Notes under the pieces: generated by a model
What the model was told of the DNA's origin: nothing
The model's database searches: none
Seen by the model: the letters and a program-made list of their open reading frames with translations, nothing else
Source of the DNA: Azolla caroliniana
Lineage: Eukaryota; Plantae; Polypodiophyta
Direction of reading: 5' to 3'
Assembly: GCA_043228905.1 (NCBI GenBank)
Contig: JBHGNT010000020.1
Coordinates: forward strand, 15,252,001 to 15,316,000
DNA: 64,000 nucleotides
Program-made: the position numbers and the translations under genes
Shown: piece by piece, positions 1 through 11,870 of the stretch
How positions within the stretch are numbered: the stretch's first letter is position 1
Layout: every line of letters begins with the position of its first letter

Positions 1-634
1 AATAGGTGAGGAAAGAGGGAGAGAGAGAGAGAGAGAGAGAAAAACGCTCACTCACGTATAGACAAAGAAGCGCACGGGGACACGGCACAACAACACAGGA
101 GACACGAGTTGAGAAAACTAGAGTATGTATGTAAATATATGCATGTATTTGCGTGTATGCAGACGACTCGAACGGTTACAGCCGATCAGGTCGGCGAGGT
201 GGATGCCGACGCCTGATGACCCACACACACAGGAGAGCAAGATGGAGATTCTACCGGAAGCACACGGGCGTTCCACGGAACAGAATTAGCCTCCTGAGAA
301 CCTGCGGAAAAGAAAGCTATGGAGAACGACAGAGAGGAAGAGCTCGGTCCCAGTCCTACAGCACTTCGTTCCCTCTAGCGCCCGATACACTTCTCTCCCG
401 TCTCCCTCTCTTTTATAGCTCAAGGAGGGAGGCCGCCTTGCCCTTTTACATCACATTAATTCTCTGTCCTTTTGGACAGAGATACTCCTCGATTCTCCCT
501 ATAGAATATTGCTACCTAGGATCTGACCTTTGTGCCTACCTATCTACTATACGACAAGGGACGTGCCCACGTGTAAGGGCCGTTTCACACACACTATACA
601 CGGTTTGCGCCTGGGGACGGTTTTCTTCACGACA
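1..634 (-). mobile_element. Partial LTR of gypsy family A (same family as 9000-9700), reverse orientation, cut by window start
   Basis: Reverse complement matches LTR 9000-9700 (TGTCGTGAAGAAAACCGTCCCCAGGCGCAAACC..., (CT)n tract); ends ...CACGACA at 634, followed by ACGT. Confidence 0.93.
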
Positions 635-700
635 ACGTGACCACATATGCCGATATTAAACATATCGCTATATTAAATAGCCACAAATGATGTGATCGAG

Positions 701-965
701 ATACGTAATCGAGGTATATACCTCTACGCACACGAAACATCCACAAATAAGAGATCATCGTAATACGCAATTGAGGTATTGACCTCTTACGCATACGAGA
801 CCAAACGCTTATCGTTTACAACAAATGAAGGTATTAAACTCATACGCAAATGTAACATATGTTCATGAACGTAATACGTAATTGAGGTATTAACCTCATA
901 CGCATATGACACTCATCACATATTATTTATATGTCAAACGAGGTATTGACCTCATGCACATATGT
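701..965. repeat. Array of five ~56-bp units with palindromic core GAGGT-N4-ACCTC
   Basis: Cores at 711, 773, 828 (degenerate), 884 and 940; spacings 62/55/56/56; shared flank TACGCA; variable spacers. Confidence 0.85.
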
Positions 966-1194
966 AAACGTTTTAGATAATCAATTAAAGACCACTACAA
1001 CATCATTGACTTAATGAAAAAATGACATATAAACTAAACACACGATTAGATGGGAGAAGAGAGAATAGAAAAAAAAATTACGAAAAGAATTACCGAAGTT
1101 CTTTGTTGATCGTTGTCTGGATCAAGGCCGACCGCACATCGATCGATCACCATCAATCAAAAGACAAAAGAAAAACAAAGAAACATTAGTACAT

Positions 1195-1665
1195 AGCTCT
1201 GATACCAAATATTAGAGATCTAGGTACTAAAGTAAGCTTAAGATAAGGATAAACTAATGATAGATAGAAAGGAGAAAGAGAAAGAAGGGTGTCGATCCAC
1301 CCGACCACCCCCGAGCGAAGGGATCGAGACGGACTCGAGCCTCGATCGGCGTCCCATACCACCGTCGTGGCGTCGAGTCGTACCTGGTGCTAGCGCGCTC
1401 ACTACAAGAGTTGACCCACCACAAGAGCAGAGTCTCGATGTAGTCAAAAGATAGTCAAATGAGGGTAGCTAGGCCTCTTATTTATAGCGATACCCAAGGC
1501 CCCTAGGCAAGTTCACACTTGGCCTAATGGGTTGTCTTAATCCCGAGGATTTAAAAGTAATCCTCCCCTTCTTTACACTCTCGTTTAACCCTCACACTTA
1601 TCCACGTGTATAGAATACTACGGTAAATTCTCACCATGGGATATTATATGGTCATGCCCGTAACA
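1195..1665 (-). mobile_element. 5' LTR (1210-1665) and tRNA-iMet PBS (1195-1207) of an LTR retrotransposon whose leader runs leftward
   Basis: AGCTCTGATACCA is the reverse complement of TGGTATCAGAGCT; LTR ends TATTAG (degenerate TGTTAG) and ...CCCGTAACA; TATAAAT on minus strand near 1480. Confidence 0.75.
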
Positions 1666-3186
1666 GCATGTTTGACATCTATTTGGCAAAAACAATGCAC
1701 TACCTTTTCACTCCTCTATCACCACTTGTGGATAGAGGCTCGATGCTTGCCAATGCATATGCAACACAAACTTCACAAGAGTAGCGTAGAAGAGAAGGTT
1801 GGATACAATGGGTGCTCTAGCTCCTTTGGCCCAAAAGGAGGAGATATATGTATGATGTAATGGTGGAGTGAAGGACTAACTTGCAATTCTCTTAAAAAGA
1901 ACAACCATTTACCCCATTAAATGCACCACCACAATTGACCCACACTTTGCAAGGCAAGGTAGGAAGGAAAGCAACCATTTACCACCACTCTTACCATTGA
2001 CCCACACAATTGGCATCAAAGAAGCACTTTCTATCTTGGTGCTTTAGCATGAGCGTTTGGGCATTGGTGTAGGATAATGTGAAGGGGAGGGTGTGGCTAT
2101 CCTTGTTGTAGCATAGGCCTTCAAAGCACAGTTTAACGTGAGTTGTGTTAAACACAACATTGTATTATGAAAGAGGTGAATCCCATACTCACTATGACAA
2201 GAGCATACCAAATCAAACACGACAATTTGCAATGCCCTTGAGGCATTATCGATGTCCTAGCTATAATGGTTTGATTGTACATGATATAACTTTTTTGTCC
2301 ATGCATATAATTGTTTGATTCTACATGATATACAATAAAGGATTGTACCCCGTAAAATTGAACATCTTGTTTTCATTTGACGCACGGTAATGTAGATGAA
2401 TTAAGTTCGGGTTTCTCCAGAACCTTACTCAAGAAATGGAATACAAGGGTAAAACAATACAATCAAAGTCATCGTCCAAGTTAGACTACCTCTTAGCAAA
2501 GAAAACAAGATAAAATAGAGATGTTGAAGGTGGCCAAGCGACCCACATTGAAGTTTGCCTTAAAATGAAGGATTGTGTGACTATCTCTTAGCAAAGAGAA
2601 AAATAAAGGGTAAAATCAAGGACATTACATGCTATATGAGAGTATGCAAATATTGTATTTATACATAAATAAATATAGCTGAACAAGATAATTGTAGAAT
2701 ATGTTTGAATCAATGTCAATTCTATCTAGCAAGAATTACTGTCTACTTATTTGAAACACTGGTTTTCACTTTGTTACCATAACCCTAATGCACAGAGCAA
2801 CATACAGTGGCACTTGAGCAATACACATTGGGGAAGAATGTGGTTATAGATCATATCCGAAGAATGTGGTTGTAGATATTGAAAAAACAAAATACAGAAC
2901 CATTTTCCTTTTAACATTATTCAACATTATGTATATGACACCTCCTTGCTGAAAATTATAGAGAAGAGATAGAGAGAGAGAGACGGAGAGAGACTGAGAC
3001 TAAGACCTTTGACTCTAATGTAACCACGCATATTTATGCGATATCCCCAGCTGACCAATATTGGCCTATTCTCCTCCAGCGGTAATCGACCAGCCACCCA
3101 AAATTTAACAAAAACCTTCCTTCCCCTGTCCATCCAAATTAGCAGCAGTAGCACGCCTGTGATTGATTGATTGATTAATTGATTAC

Positions 3187-6100
3187 ATGGCGTCCACCTC
3201 CATTCCCATCATTCTTCATCCTCATCTTCATCTTCATCTTCATCTTTTTCAACTACTTCCCTGTTTCATAATTATCATCCACCTTCATCTCATCTCGGTT
3301 GCGGCCCAATCTCCTGACGGTAATCAACACCATCTGAACAAAATTTGAATTTTAGATTTAGCTAATTCTGCAGCAGCTTATATTAGTAACCGCCTCCATG
3401 TTGTTTTCATGTAGGGTTTCTCAGCATAGACTGTGGATCAGCCTTAACCACAAATTACACAGACGCATTAGGCATAGGGTGGGTGCCGGATGCAACGATC
3501 TGGCCAGACATCCATGGCTGGTCTTCCACGTCGGAAGTCATACCACCAACTGGTGATGACACCAGTGGCGGTGTAAAGTATCAGACACTACGCTACTTCC
3601 CACCTAGCAGTACGTCGCCATTGAATCAGACCAAGTTTTGCTACACTTTGCCAGCCGTAGGCGATGTATACTACTTGATCCGAGCCACGTTCTGGTATGG
3701 CACTTCCTCAACGGCATCTTTGTATGGCACACGTGCGCCTGGCTCCATAAGCTTCAGAGTGATGGTGGACACATACACAGGAGCACAGATCGACATTGCT
3801 CTACCACAAAGCTCTCCGCGTACGGAGGAGATGTATGTCCGCGCGCAGAGCGGAAGCTCATCCATCTCTGTGTGTCTTTCGGCGGCATCTGAGGATAGTG
3901 ACACCCCATTCATCAACGCGTTGGAGTTGCGCCCGCTTCCATCACAGATGATGTCAGTGGCGATAATGAACATGACAAACACTGCCCTCCGCACATTTTC
4001 TCGAACGGACTATGGAGCATCTGCCGACGCCCCCTCCATCATCAGGTAAACTTCTAGGAGAAATCATTTGGATGGGCCTGACCATGTCTCACAGCACCGG
4101 AAGCATGTACCCTTTCTAGAAATGGGTTCATTAGCTTTAATTTCATTTGTATGCTGTTTATTAACAAATACCTGGCATTGAATTGCACCAGGTATCCAGA
4201 CGATACCTTGGACAGATTATGGTATACTGAAAAAACCGGGCCTACCAATCAAACAAGCCTCATGATCGTGGACCGCCTCGCCGATTCTCTACCCCTTCCC
4301 GTGGTGCAAACAAGCCATGTGGCCCCTACTGCTGCCGGGTTCTTTGTGAACTTCACGGCTGGACTAGATACAACAACCCACTACTACTACTACTTGGCAC
4401 TCTTCTTCGCCGAGATCGACCCACGTGTCAATGCCTCGGGCCTCCGCATGTTTGACGTGACAATCAATGAGAGCCCCTTCTACCCAGGATATGACGTCTA
4501 CGCCGAAGTGGGTCAGTATACTGTCTCTGAGATTTATAGTTCCAGGCAGCTTGGACCCTACACTGACCATGTCCTCATCAACTTCACATCCACACCGACT
4601 TCCGTCTATCCCCCTTTCATCTCAGCGGCGGAGATCCTCCAACTCTTCGATAATCCCATGGTCCCCACCACCTCCTCTGTAGACAGTAAGCTACTCTGTT
4701 TTCATGAATTAGTTGAAACCATTGCAGAAATGGTCAGGGGTCATCCTGTACCAATTGTTTCATCACTGTTATAATTATGTTGCGCAGATTTTGTAGTGAT
4801 AAATGATCATGAATGTCTGCCTTGGTTCTTTTTTACTGTAAACAGTCCTGGGGGTTCATGGTATAATTAGTGCGCTATCAGGCAACTTGAGTAGATTCAC
4901 GGGGGACCCATGTTTGCCTGCGGATTATAAATATCCATGGCTCAATTGTACTGATAAAGGCATTATCCCTACTCGAGTGACTTCAATGTGGGTTCATATT
5001 ATAATACATTCCAATGTCTATTATATTTATCTTCTCATTAATGTTTTACCTCTCTGCAAGTATATGAAGTGGTAGAGTATAATGCTGAAATTTTTCTAAT
5101 CTTCGACATCTATTAATAATGGGCCTGTCGATGTAAATAATGAATGATAGATCCTTATCGAACTTGAAGCTAGTGGGGAATGTGCCAAGCAGCATCAACA
5201 ACCTCGATCAAGTTGTGCAGATGTAAGTTGAATGGAGGGCACCTACATATAATCGTTGCTTTAATTCACAACATTCTTGTCCCTAAACTAATTAGGAAGA
5301 ATTAAGGAATGGTGGCTTGTTTCCTCTCGTTAATTGACCTTGATGATTAAAAGATATGGATGTTTGGCCCATGCATTTTGATCATATTACAGTTTGTTGG
5401 ATGGCAATGCATTGGAAGGGCCTCTCCCGGTCAATCTCAGCAACTGTGTGAATCTCCAAGTCTTGTGAGTCATGACATTGCTTATGAACTATATAACACC
5501 CTCGGCCATCTCTCATCACCACATGAAATGCATGACATATCCCTCATTTCAAATTGCTTCCTCTTTTCTTTGTTCTTGGTGTGGCTGCAGGAATCTGAGC
5601 AACAACAAGTTGAGTGGACCCATCCCGGATTCACTCGCCAATCTGCCGAAATTGACATACCTGTGAGTGAGAGATCTGTCACATTTAAGAGCAATTCAGA
5701 CATAATATTCCATGGATTTATCACAAACCTGCACCTGCGTTTCTATTCCTTTTTGTTTGTTCTTGGAACTTATATATTGTTAAACTGCAATAGCTACTAG
5801 ACCTATTCTTATTCATAAGCTGTTGTTTCTTGAAGAGATTTGCAAAACAACAACTTCAGCGGAGAGATTCCGATTAAGCTGCAGCAGAAGACCGGCCTCA
5901 CTTTCAAGTAAGTGATTATATGCATCCTCCTACCGCCAAGTAGATATCATATAGACTAAACTACACCACAAGTAGATGTCATATAAACTAAACTACACCA
6001 AACCGTATATGGTCTGCATACTTCTGTAGATACGATGGCAACAGCTTTCTGTGCCTTTCGAGTAACAAAACATGCGCGGCGTCTACATCAAAATCGTCAA

Positions 6101-8182
6101 CTAGTAGTTCTAGTCTTCCAGCCATTATCGGTTCGGTTGTGGGGGTAATAGTTTTCATTGTGATTTTCATGGTCATTATGTGTATCGTTTGCAAGCGGCG
6201 GCAGAGAAGGCAACATCAAAATCAAGCCGCTGCGAGGCCTACATCTCCACATCAATTACTTGGTCCGCAGGGTAAGAATCATGATGAGGAAGATCGTGTC
6301 TCTCTTTTAATAGTCTGATCTTGCGTTTCTTAAACTGTAACAAAACTCTGAAGTATTAACTAAATCTGTAGTATATATAATGAGAGATCATCTGATCTAT
6401 CTCAATCTCTTGCACAAACTTAGTAGCAATGTGTGACAACTTTTATTTTAAAGTGCATAATAGTTGACTTCTTCTCTACTGGTGAATCGTGATGTGCTCA
6501 TACATATTTGACTTGGATTTCTGCGCTGCATGGCATGCATCCCACAGTCGTGAGCCAGACCAAAATATTTGAAGCTGCAAACGTCTCCCAGGCCTTCACG
6601 TTTCAAGAAATTGTGACGGCCACAAAGAATTTCTCGACAATCATCGGTAAAGGTGGTTTCGGATTCGTGTACAAAGGCACTCTTGCCAATGGCGTGCTTG
6701 TCGCTGTTAAAGTGTTGTCTGATGTATCGCAACAAGGAGCCCACGAATTCCTCAACGAGGTATATATATATATATTGAACTTTTAAAACATTGAAGATTT
6801 CAGGTACTCGTTCTGTTGGCTTAATGTGAATTGATTTTTAAATAGGTCACTCTTCTATCCCGTGTGCATCATAAGAACCTCGTGGGATTGGTTGGATATT
6901 GCACCGAGATAAAGCTAGTTCTCGTGTACGAGTTTATGTCAAATGGTTCATTGTTTGATTCCCTTTTCGGTAATTAGTCTTATCATCATTTTAATTGCCT
7001 ATATGAAGTTCACATCTTGAATAAAAATATTTTAATGTTGATCATGCTACATTTGATGATTGGCTAACATCACTTCATTTTTCTCTATAAACCATTAAAA
7101 GGAAACAATATGTTAATGGCACGTCATTTAGAATGGACCGAAAGATTGCGAATTTTGTTGGACGCAGCCCAAGGTGATGGGCAATATTGGATTTATTTCA
7201 ATTTATATATATGTCATATAAATTATACTATATTATTATATGTTATTATATTTACCAATGATGTTATGTAATATGGTGTAATTAATTTCAAAAATGATTG
7301 TAGGCCTTGCGTACTTGCATCATGGATGTAACTCATTAATCATTCATAGAGATGTGAAGAGTAGCAACATCCTAATGTCTAAAGATTTGGAAGGGAAAAT
7401 GTCTGATTTTGGAATATCGAGGCTAAAGTCCAACACTAGTGCACATGATGAATTGGCAACAAATCTACTCGGTAGCTTGGGATACTTGGACCCTGAGTAA
7501 GTACTGTGATCTATAATATACTTGTGTATAGAAGGCTATGTGTCTTATCTAAAAACTTTTTTCCATATGTGTTGTAAAAAACTTCTGACATGGTTTAGCC
7601 ATCCATTGAATTAATAAGCGCCTTCACTTATCTTTGAGATGGAATAAATTAATTCCCTTGCATGATTATTAAATCATATCATCCCAAGTTTGCATCCACG
7701 TTAATATTGTCAGAGAAGATTGACATATATAGTTTTGGAGTAGTTCTCTTTGAGGTTGTATGTGGCAAGCCTCCTGTGATTAAAGATCTCGAACTGTATC
7801 CGAACAATGACGTTCACATTGTAGAATGGGTAATTATCAACCCCAATTATATTGACATTATATGACATATCAAGTTCTAAATGCGAGTTTTCGATTTGCT
7901 AAAAACACATCATTTATGTTGTTGCAGGTAAAAACTTATTATAATCAAGGAGCATTAGAGGAGATTGTAGACAAAGACATGAGTAATTACAACATCTCAT
8001 CTATATGGAAAGTCGCAGAAATTGCAATGGCATGCATTCAATTTCCAAGTAGAACACGACCGACAATGAACGAAGTTTGCCATGAACTTTCTGAAGCCTT
8101 GAGATTAGAAACTAGTTCCCAAACAATTTCATCTGCAATTATTGGAGAATATTATCCTTTGAACGACGTGAGTGCTAGGTGA
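3187..8182 (+). CDS. Malectin-like domain LRR receptor-like Ser/Thr kinase (LRR-I type), 15 exons, possibly splice-defective
   Basis: Exons 3187-3319, 3415-4045, 4192-4685, 4846-4987, 5151-5222, 5393-5464, 5591-5662, 5836-5907, 6030-6271, 6548-6759, 6846-6969, 7102-7173, 7304-7496, 7688-7829, 7928-8182. Signal peptide; [31 protein letters not shown]; GDPCLP..WLNC; four 72-nt LRR exons; TM segment then KRRQRR; [33 protein letters not shown]. All introns GT-AG except the acceptor before 7688. Confidence 0.93.
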
Positions 8183-9571
8183 GCTTGTATAAATAACAAT
8201 ATGCCATCTCCTTAGCATTCTAAATATATTTTATCTCATGCATAATATAACTTATAAGGCTTCCTTATATTTTACAAGACTCTTTATTTGTTGGGAACAT
8301 TTGAACATCACACTATCATTACTATCATTAGAGTTACTTTTGTTACCTTAGTTGATAAAGGATAAGGATGAAAATTTATAACACATCAAGGATCAAAATC
8401 GGTCTCTTTGTGCCACTTTATTTTCATGTTTTATGTTGGTGTGGATCATAATGAATCATTATTTTTGTACTTCGATTTCCTTGTTCATCCGACAAACCTT
8501 TCTTGTGATAATAATACCCCGTGGTAACGATAGTTTCCTATCTCATGTAAGAATTGAATAACAAACTTTAGGTCAAAACAATATTTCCCTAGTGCTTATC
8601 ATATCATAGTAGAAAACAGGATTGGAGTAGGAAAATGCCTAAGGCTTACACAAGTAAGAAGGGAAGGTACTAGCTAATGCGAGGAAACCAAATAAAAAAA
8701 GGAAGAGATAGAATCTTGACCTAGGACAAACCCAGTGGGAATTGCAGTAGCCAAGTTGACTATAATTTTGAATAACCAAATGAAGGACCAACATTCCCCA
8801 AGGAGGCGGGGTAACCAAAATGAAGGGGTCAAGGAGAAAGGATCAGACTTTGGAAGTTACACGCTTGTTCACCCTAAGGATTACTAGGTAATATGAGAGT
8901 AATTAGTACTCAACACAAAAGACTATTTTGAGCAATCTCATGTGCGACCACGAGCGTGGGAAGATGTAGTGAACAAGTTACTCATTTGAAGATATACGTT
9001 GTCGTGAAGAAAACCGTCCCCAGGCGCAAACCGTGTATAGTGAGTGTGAACCGGCCCTTACACGTGCGCACGCCCCTTGTTGTATAGTAGATAGGTAGGC
9101 ACAAAGGTTAAATCCTAGGAAGCAATATTCTATAGGGGGAATCGAGGAGTATCTCTGTCCGAAAGGATAGAGAATTAATGTGATGTAAACGGGTGAAACG
9201 GCCTCCCTCCTTGAGCTATAAAGGAGAGAGAGAGGGGGGAGACAAGGGATCGCGCGCTAGAGGGGGCGAAGTGCTGTCGGACTGGGACCAAGCTCTTCTT
9301 CTCTGTCGTTCTCCATAGCTTTCTTTTGCGCAGGTTCTCAGGAGGCTGATCCTGCTCTGTGGAATGCTTGTGTGCTTCCGGCAGAATCTCCATCTTGCTC
9401 TCCTGTGTGCGTGGGTGATCAGGCGCCGGCATCCATCTCGCCGACCTGGTCGGCTGTAACCGTTCGAGTCGTCTGCATACATTTATATACATACGCTAGT
9501 GTTCTCAACTCGTGTCTCCTGTGTTGTTGGGCCGCGTCCCCGTGCGCTTCTTTGTCTATACATGTGTGAGC

Positions 9572-9626
<55 letters not shown>

Positions 9627-9704
9627 TTCTCACCTATTCCTCGGTCCAAGACCCCAGTGGTCCCGCCTTGTTCTCCACGCACGCGCGTAACAACGCGACA
9701 TATT

Positions 9705-9722
9705 TGGTGAACCCGACGTGAA
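9705..9722 (+). promoter_or_regulatory. Primer-binding site for tRNA-Trp
   Basis: TGGTGAACCCGACGTGAA is complementary to the plant cytosolic tRNA-Trp 3' end as recalled (TTCACGTCGGGTTCA-CCA); starts after a 4-nt spacer behind the LTR. Confidence 0.88.
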
Positions 9723-9743
9723 CAGGCGGCAGAGGAGTAGAAG

Positions 9744-11870
9744 ATGAGGGGGTCGGACCTTGCAGAAGCCATGGCTTCGGCTGTAGACCGTATAGTGAGT
9801 GCGCGCGAAGGCACTGGCGCCCTTGATAGGGCTATCGAGGCGGTTGTCGGTATGATCGGCCGGTTTAGTGGGAAGGATGCCACGAGCTACTTGGCGTCCT
9901 ACCGGGCTGAGATGGTAATGAGGGACATTCCGGAAGAGAGGCGTCTAGCCAGATTCCCTCGAGTGGCAATGTCGGGCATCCATACGGAGGTACTCGAGGT
10001 ACGGGCCGAGAGCCGGACCTGGGAGGAGTTCGAAGGTCGGCTCCTCGAAAAATACGGGCTTGAAGATGCGCTTCGACTTTCGAAGCAGGACTTCATGGAG
10101 TGGGTGGAGACCCCCGACAAAGGAAGGAACGCGTCAGTGCTCCTCCGAGAGTTTGAGGAGCGCTTCGCGCGCCTCTCGGTGCTTGACCGGACCGTTCTGG
10201 ACACAAGTCGTGTCCTATTGTTTGTTAAGTCAGTTGACGAGCGGGATCGGGAGCAGGTAGGCCTCCTATTGGAGACTAATGACGGGCTGACGGCCGACTG
10301 GGCCATGGTGAAAAGGGTCTGTGGCCGTTTCGACAAACGGCGGGAATGGGTTGACAAAGGATCGACAGGGGTGGGCTCTGTCGCAGCAAGGAAGCTCAAG
10401 CCAACACCACCAACGCGAAGGGAAGAGACCCGAGATTGGCTCGAGACCGGATCGGCTTCAACCGGCATGGTCAAGGGCTCGTCTGGGGGAGCAGCTCTAG
10501 AGGAGCTGACACGGATGGTAAAGGATCTCCAGATCGCCCAGGCACGGAGGGATGGTGGCGAACAGGCCCGTGACCGACGACCTCTGGCTGAAAACAGGTG
10601 CATGTGGTGTGACGCGGTTGGCCACATCCGGAAGGACTGCGGGGACTTCGCCAAGGCGATGAGAAGCAACGTGGTGTACCTGTGGAACGGTCGAGTGCAC
10701 GCCAACGAGACCCGAAGGGCCCTGAACCTGAACATCGGGCGAGGGGGTATGAAAAGGCTTATGGAGGAGGCGGCGGCTCGTCACGCGGAGACCGTCCACT
10801 ACTCGGCGTCAGCTGGTATTCGGGTCGGAGGTGGCGAGGCCCCGAAGACGAACAAAGCCGGGTTCTGGACGACGATGCTAGAAGGCCTCGCCAGCGCATG
10901 GCTAAGGAAAGAAGAGGTGGACCGCGCGGAAAAACGGGTCCGGGAAGTAACCCGGTGGAGTGACCCGGTGGAAGAAAAGACGGGCTTCGTCGAAGCCGCT
11001 TGTCAAAACTACGAGGCTCTGGTGGAGGACAAGCGGGTAGGGAAAACCGGAGGGGCCGGGCCCTCGTAGCGATATGAAACTCGATTCGGGCAAAGACGGA
11101 ATGAGGCCGGTGTAACCGGCGCCCAGGATAATCCTAAGAGGGGCGGGTACCGGCTAGGCACAGAAATCGAAAGATCCACGGACCTGCGAAAGGTCCTGGA
11201 AGAACGAATCCTCGACAGCAAGGTGGAATTGTCATTGAGGGAAGTGCTCGGGATCACCAAGAAGGAGTTCCACGACTCCATCGTAGACTTGGTGAAGAGG
11301 AAGAGGCTGTCGACGGAGACAGAACCGGAGAAGCCGGTGGAGGTGCGGACGACGCACATAGAGGACATGGCACTAGAAGACGAGTTGGCGGAGAGCCACT
11401 ATTCGAGGCCGCACTGGGCCAGAGCGACCACAGAGACCCCCGTGAAGATCGGAGATGTTCATGAACCGGTGGTGGCGTTGGTGGACCACGGTTCAGAAAT
11501 CAATTTGATGTCCATGGACTTCTATAAGAAGGGGAAATGGCCGATCAACACCAAGCACGGGTGGAAAATACGGGCAGCAACGCGTGCCACCAAAGAACTG
11601 CATGGAGCCTGCCCGAATGTACGAGTAAAGATCGACGATGTCAAGATTGACCAGCACTTCTTCGTACAGGAGACGTCCTCACATCCGGTTATACTAGGAG
11701 AACCGTACATCACGGCAGCATGGATGGAGACCAAGGTGCTGGACAACGGCTCGGCCTATGCAAGGGTCAAGAGCCAGGATGGGCGTCACTCGGTCCAGTT
11801 CCTGACGGTGAGACCGAACCATGAGCGGAACCGCGAGACCCTCGAGGGCGAAAGTCAAGAGGATTTTTAG
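9744..11870 (+). pseudogene. gag: Gag-protease ORF of family A with one in-frame TAG (11067-11069)
   Basis: Zinc knuckle CMWCDAVGHIRKDC; protease ALVDHGSEINLM and VILGEPY; ORFs 9744-11069 and 11223-11870 share a frame with no other stop between them. Confidence 0.85.

Noticed and set aside
153-659. 168-aa ORF and its homologues at 9175-9492 and 24780-25097
   Set aside because: All lie inside copies of the family A LTR; lengths differ between copies and no domain is recognisable
701-965. CRISPR array
   Set aside because: Repeats are imperfect, there are no cas genes, and the context is a eukaryotic retroelement leader; reported as a hairpin array instead
1666-2900. Possible TE remnants upstream of the RLK
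   Set aside because: Only short local repeats; no termini, TSD or coding motif could be fixed
5927-6002. ~32-bp tandem duplication in an RLK intron
   Set aside because: Ordinary local duplication that does not affect splice sites
9899-10735. 278-aa antisense ORF and similar antisense ORFs across the TEs
   Set aside because: Shadow frames of GC-rich gag/pol coding sequence
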